Source of the DNA: Spirochaetia bacterium
Lineage (GTDB): Bacteria > Spirochaetota > Spirochaetia > SZUA-6 > Bin103
Assembly: GCA_965208575.1 (NCBI GenBank)
Contig: CBDBOV010000006.1
Coordinates: 1,440,001-1,504,000 of the forward strand
Reading direction: 5' to 3'
DNA: 64,000 bases
Shown in pieces: positions 51,734-62,700 of this stretch. Position 1 is the stretch's first letter. Every line of letters begins with the position of its first letter. The position numbers were made by a program, and so were the translations under genes. The notes below the pieces were generated by a model that was not told the origin of the DNA, made no database searches, and was given only the letters and a program-made list of their open reading frames with translations.

Positions 51734-52932
51734 CTTGGCTCGACCTCACCGCGAGCGACCGCGACAAGATGCGGCGCGTGCTCGACCTGTTCAAGGAACG
51801 GGGAACGCTTGATGAGATGGGGCTCGGGAGCTTGCGTGACGCGCTCTCGGACGCCTTGTTTCCCGGAACCTCGTACCTGCAGACACGGTTGCGCTACATA
51901 TTGTTCATCCCGTGGATCTACCGGCGACTCGAAGGTCGGCTACGCGATCGCTCCAACGTTGCCGAGGCGGCGCGGCAGAGGGAGATTGGGCTGGTCGGCG
52001 CTCTGGAGCGTTCTCCCGAGACAGACGGCATCATCGGCGTGGTCGCCCGCGCGGCACTGGTACGGTTGCCCAGTTCGGTGTATTGGAATGCCCTTACTAC
52101 CTGGGGCATCTTTCAGCATCAGCAGAGTCAAGGTTGGTACCATTCGAACTTCGCGACGCTCGCTGGCGCTGAAAGCGTCGCCCGCGCCGACGACCCTGGA
52201 GTGGTGTGGAGTCATCAGCCGAATTGGCATCCGCGTCTGCCGGATGCGCCGGATTCGTTTCCCGGCGAGGCGTCGTTTGCATTAACTCGCGGGGAGGCGG
52301 ATTTCCTGCGCGGCCGTTTCGAGGAAAGGTGCTCCGGGACCCTGCTTGCATGGCTGGCGCGCAACGGTTCGGATACGCCCGCGGACAGTGTCTGGGACGA
52401 TCCCGACGCATTGCGCGCACCGAACGGTATTCGATGGACGGTCGAGCTGGCACGGAGGTTCTCACTGCACGTCGAAGGAATGCCGCTGCTCTACAACCTC
52501 CTCGTGGCCGAGCGCCGGAGTGACAAGCTTGGGTCGCAAGAAACCGAAACGATCGACAGATTCCGCGCGGAACTGGCCGAGTGGAGGGTGCGAGAATGCA
52601 ACGAGCCCCCGTACGAACCGGACAACTTGTGGCAGCTCCTGCACCGCACAGGTGTACGGCTGCGTTCTCCGCAACGCCTGTTCGTGGAGCGCTGGGGCCA
52701 GCGGCTCGCCGAGTTGGGTTCCGGTGCCGTTGCCGCCGACGGCTTGTTGCGGTCGCTGATCTATAACCGGGAGCTGCAACTCAAGGGGGCGCGGGCACGA
52801 CTGGCGAACGTCAACCGGTTGCTGGATTGGAAGCCGGGAGTCGGCGTGGGGCGCATGGACTTCCGCTGGGTGCGCGTCCGGCGGCTGCTGATCGACCTGC
52901 ACCGGGGCATCGGGTCCGATGCTGTCGCCTGA
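51718..52932 (+). CDS. DUF6361-like protein
   Basis: WLDL...GTLDEMGLGSLRDALSDALFPGTSYLQTRLRY and PSSVYW match my recollection of this family. Confidence 0.75.
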   Translation: MEATLTWLDLTASDRDKMRRVLDLFKERGTLDEMGLGSLRDALSDALFPGTSYLQTRLRYILFIPWIYRRLEGRLRDRSNVAEAARQREIGLVGALERSPETDGIIGVVARAALVRLPSSVYWNALTTWGIFQHQQSQGWYHSNFATLAGAESVARADDPGVVWSHQPNWHPRLPDAPDSFPGEASFALTRGEADFLRGRFEERCSGTLLAWLARNGSDTPADSVWDDPDALRAPNGIRWTVELARRFSLHVEGMPLLYNLLVAERRSDKLGSQETETIDRFRAELAEWRVRECNEPPYEPDNLWQLLHRTGVRLRSPQRLFVERWGQRLAELGSGAVAADGLLRSLIYNRELQLKGARARLANVNRLLDWKPGVGVGRMDFRWVRVRRLLIDLHRGIGSDAVA

Positions 52933-54544
52933 CGCGCGCGCGGTGGCCTTCGAGCTGATCCGTGCACCGGACGGGTACCGGCTCGACTTCGCCGTACTGA
53001 CTACCTACACACTGGACCTGGAGGCGCTGCTGGTGCTTCCGCTATCGATCCTTGCCCACCAGGACGCAAGCATGGAGGAGTTGCTCGCCGATCCGGTCCA
53101 GCTTCATCAGGCTCTGCGCGATGCAGGCGACCGGGTACACGTCTTTGTCGACCACGCCGGCATCGGAGTTCCTCGTGCCGCCCGCGCGCTGTACGCGATG
53201 CTTGAACCGAGCGTGCATGGTGTGCGGGCACCAGGCCGCGGTTCATTCCACGCCAAAGTGTGGGTCGCCCGGTTCACGGTTTCCGGCGCTGCGCAGCAGG
53301 AGCGGCCGCCCCTGCTGCGGGTCGCGGTGTTGTCTCGCAACCTGACATTCGACCGATCCTGGGACATCGCGCTCGCCAGCGAGGCATCTCCCCGTGGGAA
53401 GAGGCGCTGTGCCGCAACCCGGCCGCTCGGTTCCTTTCTCGCCGCCTTGCCAGGGCTGACCGGCACACCGTTGGAGGAGCACATAGCGGCGCGGGTACGG
53501 GCGTTGGCCGAGGACACCGGGCGGACACGGTTCCCGGCGCCAGCCGGATTTGTGGATCCGGTCGAGTTCCACGTGCTGGGCCTGTCGTCGCGTCGCCGGT
53601 CGTGGCGGCCCAGAACACAGGGATATCGCACACTGGCCATCGCGCCGTTCGTGAACCGTAGCGGGATCGAGGCTGTCGTCTCGCTCGGCGGTTCTGAGCG
53701 GGTGCTCCTGAGCCGCGGTGAGGAACTCGACAAGCTGTCCGAGGACGCGCTCGACCGTTGGAGCGAGGTGCTGGTGCTGACAGACGCGGCACAAGACGAA
53801 CCGGAGGACGGCCACGTGGGCGACCGTGAGCCGACCGGCGGCGGCGGCGCGGTCGCCGGCGGACTGCACGCCAAGATCGTCGCGGTAGAGCACGGTTGGG
53901 ATGTCACCTGGTACGTCGGATCGGCGAATCTGACCGCGGCGGCGTTCGGCGGCAGCAACGTCGAGATGATGGCCTCCGTCACCGGACGGAAGGGACGGCG
54001 GAATGGTGTGACCGGTCATGGCATCGAGCGCTTCCTCGACGGCGACAGCGGGTTCCGCAAGCTATGCGAGCCCTATTGCCGCGGCGAGCAGGAGACAGAA
54101 CCCGCCGAGGTTACCGCGGCACGCCGGCGCCTGGAGGACGCGCGCGACCATCTCGAGCAGTCCGAACTCCACGTCGTGTGCGAGAATGCCGGCGAGACTT
54201 GGTCGTTGACCCTTGACGGCCGCTTGGCGGTGCCGGAGGAGGTCGCCGTCGTGGCGTGGCCGATCTCCATCCCCGAAAGTGAAGCGCGCGCGCTCGCCCT
54301 GCCGTTGAACTGGACGTTGCCGGTCGCACGGCTGACCGCGTTCACGGCGTTCCGCCTTGCGATCCGGGTGCCCGGAGTGGACGACATCCGTATGGCGCTG
54401 CGGCTACCCGCCACGGGTATGCCGGCAGATCGGATGCATCACGTGCTCAAGAGCTATCCCACCGGCCCCTGGGCCGGCGCAGTCATGAAAGAAACAAGGG
54501 TGAGCTATAGTGTGGGCAGAGTTCTGGGTGGAGCGCGAAAGTAG

Positions 54545-54712
54545 GCCGGCGCGTCACTGGCGTTACGTTCTGCGAACCCGTTCAAGAGCTTGGCCCCGGG
54601 GCGGGTGGCGTAGTCATTGGTGAGGTTGTCAGCCGGCGCGGCCGGGTGGCGATCATCCCGTTCAGGAGAATACCTGCTACACACGCCTTGGCCGCACCAC
54701 TCAGTCGTAGCG
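54545..54712 (+). ncRNA. Predicted IS110 bridge RNA (target- and donor-binding loops); ends approximate
   Basis: CCGT-TCAAGAGCT-TGG (54582-54590 equals left target plus core); CCGT-TCAGGAG (54662-54668 equals the element's right end); G-U-rich stems. Confidence 0.75.
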
Positions 54713-54720
54713 GAGGTTTC

Positions 54721-56109
54721 ATGGCACGACGCAGACACAGACGCAAGGGCAAGGGCAGTCGCACAGCGCAACCAAAGGTGATGCACCCGGACGCTGCCGG
54801 CTTGGACATAGGCGCTACCGAGGTGTACGCGGCTGTGCGCCCGGAGCGCGACCCGGACCCGATCCGGAACTTTGCTACGTTCACCGCGGACCTGCACGCC
54901 TTGGCCGACTGGCTCAAGGAATGCGAGGTCACCACGGTGGCGATGGAGTCCACCGGTGTGTACTGGATTCCGGTGTATCAGATCCTGGAGGCACACGGCT
55001 TCGACGTGGTGCTGGTGAATGCGCGTCACGTGCACTCGGTACCCGGTCGGAAGTCCGACGTGGCCGACTGCGAGTGGTTGCGCTACCTGCACTCGGTGGG
55101 ATTGCTGCGCGGCTCATTCCGCCCTGCCGACGAGGTGTGTGCACTGCGCTCGGTGCTGCGCCATCGCGACACCTTGATCAAGATGGCGTCGCGCAGCGTG
55201 TTGCACATGCAGAAGGCGTACAGCCAGATGAACGTGCATCTGCACCATGCCATCTCTGACCTGACGGGGACGACCGGTCTGGCCATTACGGACGCTATCC
55301 TGGCGGGTGAGCGGGATCCGGCGCGGTTGGCCGCTCTGGCCGACCGGCGGATCAAAGCCAGCCGCGAGACCTTGATCAAGGCGCTGCAGGGCGACTGGCG
55401 CGCCGAGCACCTGTTGGCGTTGCGGCACGCGCGAGCGACCTATGCCCACTACCAACAACTCATCACGGAGTGCGATCAGGAAATCGAAGCCGGCATCCGC
55501 GCGTTCGAAGCCAGCAGCGAGCCACCCGGCGCGGTGGGCGACGACCCACCGGATGAGGGAATCGATGCGGAGCCCGAGGCGCCAACCGAGTCACCGGCCA
55601 AGCGGTTCGACCTGCGCGGCCACCTTACGCACCTGTTCGGCACTGACCTGACGCTGATTCCCGGCATCGGCGAAAGTACGGCGCTGGTTCTGTTCACCGA
55701 ACTCGGCCCGGAACTGTCCCGCTTTCCGACCGCACCGCAATTCGCCTCCTGGCTGCACCTGTGCCCCCACAACCAGATCACCGGCGGCAAGATCATCAGC
55801 TCGCACACCGGTCGGGGCACCAATCGGGCCGCCCAGGCGCTGCACTGGGCGACCCAGTCGTTGTACCGCAGCCCATCGGCCCTGGGCCAGCACTTCCGCC
55901 GCATGCGGGCGCGTCTGGGTACTCCCGAAGCGACCACTGCAGTCGCGCATAAACTGGCTCGGATCATCTACCATCTGATCACGCATCGCGTGGCCTACGA
56001 TGACAGCATCCTCGCCGCCGAGGAGCGCCAGGACCGGCGCCGCTTTGAACGCCGGCTCCGAAGGCAGGCACACGCACTCGGTTATGAGCTTGTCCCGGAG
56101 GCCGCCTGA
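54721..56109 (+). CDS. IS110 family DEDD recombinase/transposase
   Basis: GLDIG, AMESTGVYW, RKSDVAD, IPGIG, LCP..QITGG, AVAHKLARIIY; GGAGG RBS upstream. Confidence 0.95.
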   Translation: MARRRHRRKGKGSRTAQPKVMHPDAAGLDIGATEVYAAVRPERDPDPIRNFATFTADLHALADWLKECEVTTVAMESTGVYWIPVYQILEAHGFDVVLVNARHVHSVPGRKSDVADCEWLRYLHSVGLLRGSFRPADEVCALRSVLRHRDTLIKMASRSVLHMQKAYSQMNVHLHHAISDLTGTTGLAITDAILAGERDPARLAALADRRIKASRETLIKALQGDWRAEHLLALRHARATYAHYQQLITECDQEIEAGIRAFEASSEPPGAVGDDPPDEGIDAEPEAPTESPAKRFDLRGHLTHLFGTDLTLIPGIGESTALVLFTELGPELSRFPTAPQFASWLHLCPHNQITGGKIISSHTGRGTNRAAQALHWATQSLYRSPSALGQHFRRMRARLGTPEATTAVAHKLARIIYHLITHRVAYDDSILAAEERQDRRRFERRLRRQAHALGYELVPEAA

Positions 56110-56426
56110 TTGTTGTTTCTCAGGAGCTTGCTGGACAGCCCAGATAAGTTCCTCCGCTTCTTGCGGGCGCTGCTTGGCGGCCTGGATGGCATGGTCGAGT
56201 GGACGCGCGCCGGCGGCGAGAGCGGTGCGTGGGGTGCGGGCGTAAGCGCCGATACGTTGCTGGACGACTTGCTGCGCGCCGCATCGCGCGATCCCAGCCG
56301 CTTGCAACCGGTGCGCCGATTGATCGATGACCTCCGCAAGACGGAGGGCGGGCGCAGGATCATTCCCGACGACCTGCTGGCCGTCTGGAACGCCGTAAAC
56401 GAAGCACTGGGGAAGGCGGGCGCTGC

Positions 56427-59400
56427 ATGAACCCGCCCGATGTCGAGACGATCCTGAAACCGCTGAAGCCGTTTCAGCGCCGTACCGTCGAACACGCGTT
56501 TCACCGCTTATTCGTTGCGAAAGACAGTACTGCCCGATTTCTGGTGGCCGACGAGGTTGGCCTCGGCAAGACACTGGTGGCGCGCGGCGTAATCGCCCGA
56601 GCCGTTAAACACCTTTGGGATGACGTCGAACGCATCGACGTCGTTTACGTCTGCAGCAACAACAGTATCGCACGGGCCAATCTGCCGAAGCTTCAAGTAG
56701 GCGATGCCGGCCAACGATCGTTTGCCCTTGCCACCCGCCTCACGATGCTGGCGACACTGTTCGCTTCGCCCGATGGGCAGTCCGGTCTCGCCGGTAACAA
56801 GCTGAACTTCGTCAGTTTCACGCCGGGCACGTCGTTCAACATGGGGCGCTCCGCCGGTCAGGCGCAAGAACGACAAGTGCTGTTTCACCTTCTGCTGCCA
56901 TGCTACCCCACCCGACGGACAGCACTCATGAATCTGCTGCAGGGACGGAAGGCCAGCAAGGATGACTGGCGTCAGCAATTGCAGAACGAGCCGTGTCCTA
57001 TCGAGCCGACCATACGGGAGCGCTTTGAGGCGACGTTCCGAGAACAAGCGGATCTACATGGCGAACTGCGTTCGCTTTTCGAGATTTGGTTCTTTCGGCA
57101 TCGGCAGTCGTGGCCGAATGAAGCCCAATGCCGCAGAGATCGGATCATATCACAACTGAGACGGATGCTGGCTGACGAGTGCGTCCGCGCCCTTGAGCCC
57201 GATCTGGTAATCGTCGATGAGTTCCAGCGCTTCAAGTCGTTGCTCGAATCCCGGGTAGAACGCCAGGATCCCGCCGCGGAACTCGCTCAGAAGCTGTTCG
57301 GTGCTCGGACGTCCGACGGACAAATGGTGCGGACGCTCCTCCTCTCCGCGACGCCGTACAAGCCCTACACCGCCGACGCCGAGATCGAGCAGGACGATCA
57401 CTACGAGGACTTCCTGGACACCACCCGTTTCCTCCTGGCGGACAATGACGCCCGCGTCGCGCAGATCAAACGTCGGCTGTCCCGATTTGGCACGGCGCTG
57501 AAGCGAGCCACCATCGGCGGACAGGATCACGAAAATGGGGTTCAATGCGCCAAGCTTGGTGTGGAGGACTCGCTCCGGGCGATCATGGTCCGGACCGAGC
57601 GCGTTAGGGCCAGCACCGAGAGGGATGCCATGTTGGTCGAGCGCTGTCGCCCCGTCGTTCCCACGCCAGCAGACGTGCGCCAATACTTGGTTGCTGATCG
57701 CCTGTATCGCGCTGTGGGCGACCAGGATCCCATGCCTCTCTGGAAGTCGGCCTCGTATCTCGCTCACTTCACGCAGGGCTACCGTTTCAACGAACGGCTC
57801 GAAATGGCGCTCGATCAGTCGCCGGATCGAGTGGCCCAGGTACTGCGCCGATATGAAAGTGCCTTCCTCGACGCCGAGAAAGTCCGCGAGTGGGCGAAAC
57901 TCGATCCGGGCGCCGCGAAGTTGCGTGACTTGGTGCGCGATCTGCTCGATTCGGGGCTGTGGCGCATGCTGTGGATGCCTCCCACGGTCCCGTACTGGCC
58001 GTTGGAGGGGCCGTTCAACGGGAAGCATGCTGCCACCAAACCCTGCTGTTCTCGGCGTGGAACGTGGTGCCCGATGTCGTGAGCGCCATTCTCAGCTACG
58101 AGGCGGAACGGCGGATGGTCGGCGGGAGGATCGCCTCGTACGAGAATCCTGCGGACCAGCAGAGGCCCTTGCTGCGGCTCACGCAGTCGACCTCCGGTGC
58201 GAGATCCCGACATCGTTTGCTTTTGCTGCTCATACCATGCCTACCGCTGGCTGATCGCGCACATCCCCTTGCAGGGCCAGACGGACTGGACCGGAGAGTT
58301 TGGGTGCGTGCCAGAGTAGAAGAGTTGTTGACAGACCCGACAATACCGGATCCCCAGGATGGAACCGTGGACGATCGGTGGGAATGGGCAGCGCCCCTAC
58401 TGCTGGATGAGGAATTGCGCGAGTTTCTGCGCATCTGGAGGAATGACGACACTCTGCATCCGCATCGCGAGGTGTTCACGGCATACATCGACGATTTACT
58501 TGCCATCGAACCGAATGATCTAGGCCGTCGGCCGCCACACCTTGCAGACTTGCTGACGGAGGTCGCTCTCGGCTCTCCGGCAATCCTTGCGTCGCGCTGC
58601 CTGGCCGCGTCCGTTGGTGTCAGCGCCGGCTTGCGCCGCCGACTCGCAGTGAAAGTCTCCCTTGCGTTTTGGACCCTGTTCAATCAACCCGCTGTTGTCT
58701 GTCTGCTCCGTCAACTCGCCGTCGGCGCCGCAGGGGATAGCGATGAGTCCGTATACTGGCGGCTGGTGCTCCGTTATTGCCGGCATGGCAACCTGCAGGC
58801 CGTGCTGGACGAGCACTGGCACCTGCTGTGGGAGCAGTGCGCGTGGTCCGAGCGCGAGACGCCCGGCGAGATCGCGGAGTTGTGCGCGTGTGAACTGGTC
58901 AACGCTGTCCGTCCCATCCGGTCACGGGTTCACGCGCGCTTTTTCCGACTTCGCAATTGCTCACATCCCGTGCCAGAAGAAATTCGGTTTCGCACGATTT
59001 TCGCCCTGCGATTTGGCCACGGTCGCAATGAGGAAGCCGGCTATGTAAGCCAGGATGCAGTGCGGAGAGCTTTCAACAGCCCGTTCCGGCCGTTTGTTCT
59101 CGCCAGCACTTCCATTGGGCAAGAGGGACTCGACTTTCATCCTTGGTGTCACCGCGTGGTGCACTGGAATCTGCCCGGCAATCCCGTCGACCTGGAACAG
59201 CGGGAGGGCCGCGTACACCGCTACAAGGGGCACGCGGTGCGGCGCAACATCGCAGCCGTCTACGCCAGCGACGCGATGCGAACCTGGTGTCTTGGCGACG
59301 CTCTCTGGGAGTTGATTTTCGAGCGCGCCGAAGAAGAGGCCCGGACCAACGGCGAGAACGACCTCGTTCCTCTGTGGATCGCACCAGGCCCGCACCGTGT

Positions 59401-59602
59401 TGAGCGTCACGTGCCGATGCTTCCCTACACCAGCGATCACGACACGCTTGCGCGGCTGAAACGCCAGCTTGCGGCCTATCGGGTGGTATTCGGCCAGCCG
59501 CGCCAAGAGGAGCTGCTGACGCTGCTCGGCCACTCCAACTTCGACGCAGCGCAACTCCGCAGTTGGACGATCGACCTGTCGCCTCTGGCGAACCGCAGTT
59601 GA
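56427..59602 (+). pseudogene. SF2 helicase-like gene, frameshifted near 58040
   Basis: LVADEVGLGKT, VDEFQRF, LLSATPY in the first frame; STSIGQEGLDFH, LEQREGRVHRY in the second. One extra A restores a single 3177-nt frame. Confidence 0.85.
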
Positions 59603-59716
59603 CGACTCCGTCATGCGAGCCAGTGCGCGACCTGCGTGGCAGTCGGCGCGGCGACTGGGACCGCGCCGGGCAGCCGGCTGAACCACACTCAGCACGTAGA
59701 ATAGCTAATCTGAGTT

Positions 59717-59767
59717 ATTGATCTATCTTATGATAGGTAATTGACAGGCACTGTTGAATAGGTCAAT
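59717..59767 (+). promoter_or_regulatory. AT-rich promoter/operator region of the HTH-helicase gene
   Basis: ATTGATCTAT (59717) and ATAGGTCAAT (59758) are inverted with 1 mismatch; CTATC-N4-GATAG; TTGACA at 59741. Confidence 0.55.
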
Positions 59768-59781
59768 GTCACGCAACGACA

Positions 59782-62700
59782 TTGGGGCCATCTTCCGACA
59801 TACGGCGCATTCGGCTGGGCATGGGACTTACGCAGGACCAATTCGCAGAGCGGCTTGGAGTAACCGTGCTCACGGTGCACCGCTGGGAAGCGGGCAAGTC
59901 ACGGCCGCAGCGAATCGCGCGGGAGCGCCTGCGCGAGTTGGAGCAGGTGATGGCGAGGCAGGTTGCCAGCGAGCCGTCGGAGACGGGGGCGCCGCTTCCG
60001 CGCACAGCGGAGCAGCTCGACTTTGCCGGCAACCCCGATTCGGTGGCCGCGGTCGCGGAAGCGTGGCGGTTGGCCTACGGCCACCAGTTCAACCCGGCCT
60101 TCGCCAGCGAGACGGCGCGGATCGATGCCCTGCCGCATCAGCGCACAGCGGTGTATGAGCGGATGTTGCGGCAGGAGCCGTTGCGCTTCCTGCTGGCCGA
60201 CGACGCCGGTGCCGGGAAGACGATAATGACCGGCCTCTACGTCCGCGAGATGCTGTCCCGTGGCCGTCTGCGGCGCGTGCTCATCGTCCCGCCGGCCGGC
60301 TTGGTTGGCAACTGGGAACGCGAATTGCGCACCCTGTTTCGCCTGCACTTCCGCATCGCCGTCGGTACCGAAAACCCGTTTCGAGGGCCACAGGCCGACT
60401 TGGTAATCGTGTCGCTGGACACCCTGACCGGCGAGCGGACGTTCGCCGCGCTGCGCGACGCCAGCGTCGCTCCCTACGACCTCGTGGTGTTCGACGAGGC
60501 GCACAAGCTGAGCGCCACCACCGAGAATCACCGCGTCCGCAAGCGTCGCCGCTACGAGTTGGCGGAAGCCCTCGCCTGCGGCCTTGCCGACGGCCGGTTC
60601 TCTGGCCTCGGCTGGGCGGCGCGCCACTTGCTGCTGCTGACCGCCACCCCGCACATGGGTAAGGACTCGCCCTATTACCATCTTTGGCGACTGCTCGACC
60701 CGCGGGTGTTTTCGACCGGCGAAGCGGTGCGCCGCTTTCCCCTCCAACGTCGGCATCGCCACTTCATCCGGCGCACGAAGGAAGAGATGGTCGACCTGAA
60801 CGGTGGTCCGCTGTACCGGAAACGCACCTGCGCTACGTTCAGCTACGACTTGAGTAGCGGGCCGGAGGGGGAGCAGGCGCTCTACGACCTTACTACCGAA
60901 TATCTGCGCCGCACATACGGGCGCGCTCTGAGCAACCGCCCCGCGGTCCAGCTCGCGATGAGCGTGTTCCAACGGCGGCTCGCCAGTTCGACCTGGGCGC
61001 TGCTGCGGTCGTTCGAACGCCGGATCGACAAACTCGAGCAGAGCGTTGCCGACCTTGAGTCAGGGAAGATCAGCGTGCGCGAGTTGCAGCGCCGCCAGCG
61101 CGGCCTCGATCGCGAGACTCGAGACGACTTCTTCGATACTCATAGTGCCGACGAAGATGCCCGCAGCGACGGACTCGGTGAGCGGAACGAGGACTATGAG
61201 GACGCCGTACTCGGAGCGATGACCGCGGTGTCCGTAGAGGAAATCCGGGAGGAGATCGACCAACTCCGCGCCCTGAGCGACCGCGCGCGGCGGCTACTCG
61301 ACCGGGGCGACGAGTCCAAGTTCGAGAAACTGCGCGAGGTGCTGGAAGGCCCGCACTACGGCAGCGAGAAGTGGCTGATCTTCAGTGAGCACCGCGACAC
61401 GGTCGACTACCTCATCCGACGTCTGGAGGGTCTTGGCTTTTCGGGCCGGATCGCTCAGATCCACGGCGCGATGACTTGGCCCGAACGCGAGCGGCAGGTG
61501 GCGCGCTTTCGCCGCCCGGACGGCGCGCGCTACCTGGTGGCCACTGACGCCGCCGGCGAGGGCATTAACCTGCAGTTCTGCCGGCTGATGGCGAACTACG
61601 ACATACCGTGGAATCCGGCTCGACTGGAACAGCGCATGGGACGCATTCACCGCTACGGACAGCAACATGACGTGCGGATTGTCAACCTCCTCGCAGGCGA
61701 CACTCGCGAGGGCCGGGTCCTGCGAATCCTGCTGGACAAGCTCGACGCGATCCGGCGGGAACTGGAATCTGACAAGGTGTTCGACGTCATCGGGCGGTTG
61801 TTCGACAACGTGCCGCTCCGGAAATACATGATTGAAGCGCTGACCGACGCGCGCGGGGTAGCCGGCAGGATCGAGAGAACACTCACCAGCGAGCGGGTGC
61901 GCGATATCGGCAACCAGGAGCGGTGCGTCTATGGTGCACCGGATGCGGCTGTCGGCGGCGCGAGCGCGCTCCGCGAGGAGTTGGATCGCGAGCGCTATCT
62001 CCGACTGTTGCCCGGCTACGTAAGGCGCTTTGTTGCACAGGCTGCCGGACTGCTCGACCTTGCGATCGACGGCGACCTCGACGGGTTCTTTTCTCTCGTT
62101 CCCCGCCGGCTGGGCGCGCTCGATTCCCTGCTGCCCGCTCTCGAGGGTTATTCGCCTGCGGCGCGCCGGCGACTGTGCGTGCGCCGCCCCGAAGCCGACG
62201 CTCCGTGCGTCTGGCTGCACCCGGGCGAGCCTATGTTCGACGCGCTGTCCGATCTGATCCGCAAGACTTTCGGCCGCGACGCCGATCGCGGTGCGATCTT
62301 CATCGACCCGAGGGCTGATGCACCTTACTTCTTCCACCTCGTCCTGGTGTCGGTGGAGCAAGAGTTCCAGGAGGAGGGCGGGCGTCAGATCCTCGAACGC
62401 CGCCTCTTGGGACTGCGCCACGGCGCGGATGGGTCGCTCGTCGAGTTTCCCGTTGAGCCGCTGCTCCTGCTGCGTGGCGCCCCCACCTTGCCACCCGGGG
62501 CGGTCCCTTTGGCTGCTCGCGGCGTGGTTATGAGGGCGGAAGCAGCGCGTTTCGCCGAGCGGGAGGTTCTTGAGCGCTTCGTAGAGGACCGTCGGTCGGC
62601 GGCGGTCTCCGAGCTACCCGAACGCCGCCGCAGTACAAGCGTCGGCTTCTCGCTTCGCGCCGCGGACTTGGCCGCACGCAGAGTGCAACTTGCTAACCGC

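Larger units (their letters stand above)
54456..56128 (+). mobile_element. IS110-family insertion sequence
   Basis: DEDD recombinase, long non-coding left end, short right end, GAGCT at both junctions (54451-54455 and 56124-56128), no terminal inverted repeats seen. Confidence 0.93.
52919..56430 (+). pseudogene. PLD-family nuclease-like gene interrupted by IS110 (segments 52919-54455 and 56129-56430)
   Basis: FHAKVW...SRNLT and LHAKIV...GSANLT. Removing 54456-56128 restores one frame (...VLKSLLDSPDKFLRFL...), 1839 nt. Confidence 0.88.

Noticed and set aside
54451-54455. GAGCT as a classical target-site duplication
   Set aside because: Better explained as the CT core plus similarity between the donor and target arms; IS110 elements typically do not create TSDs.
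56105-56128. Junction promoter formed on IS110 circularisation
   Set aside because: TTGTTG/TTGTTT is present in the right end, but no -10 box lies at a suitable spacing in the left end. TATAGT near 54506 is too far away.
56110-56430. Independent 106-aa gene
   Set aside because: It is the C-terminal part of the PLD gene cut off by IS110.
58030-58050. Programmed ribosomal frameshift in the helicase
   Set aside because: No convincing slippery heptamer; a single-base deletion or sequencing error is simpler.
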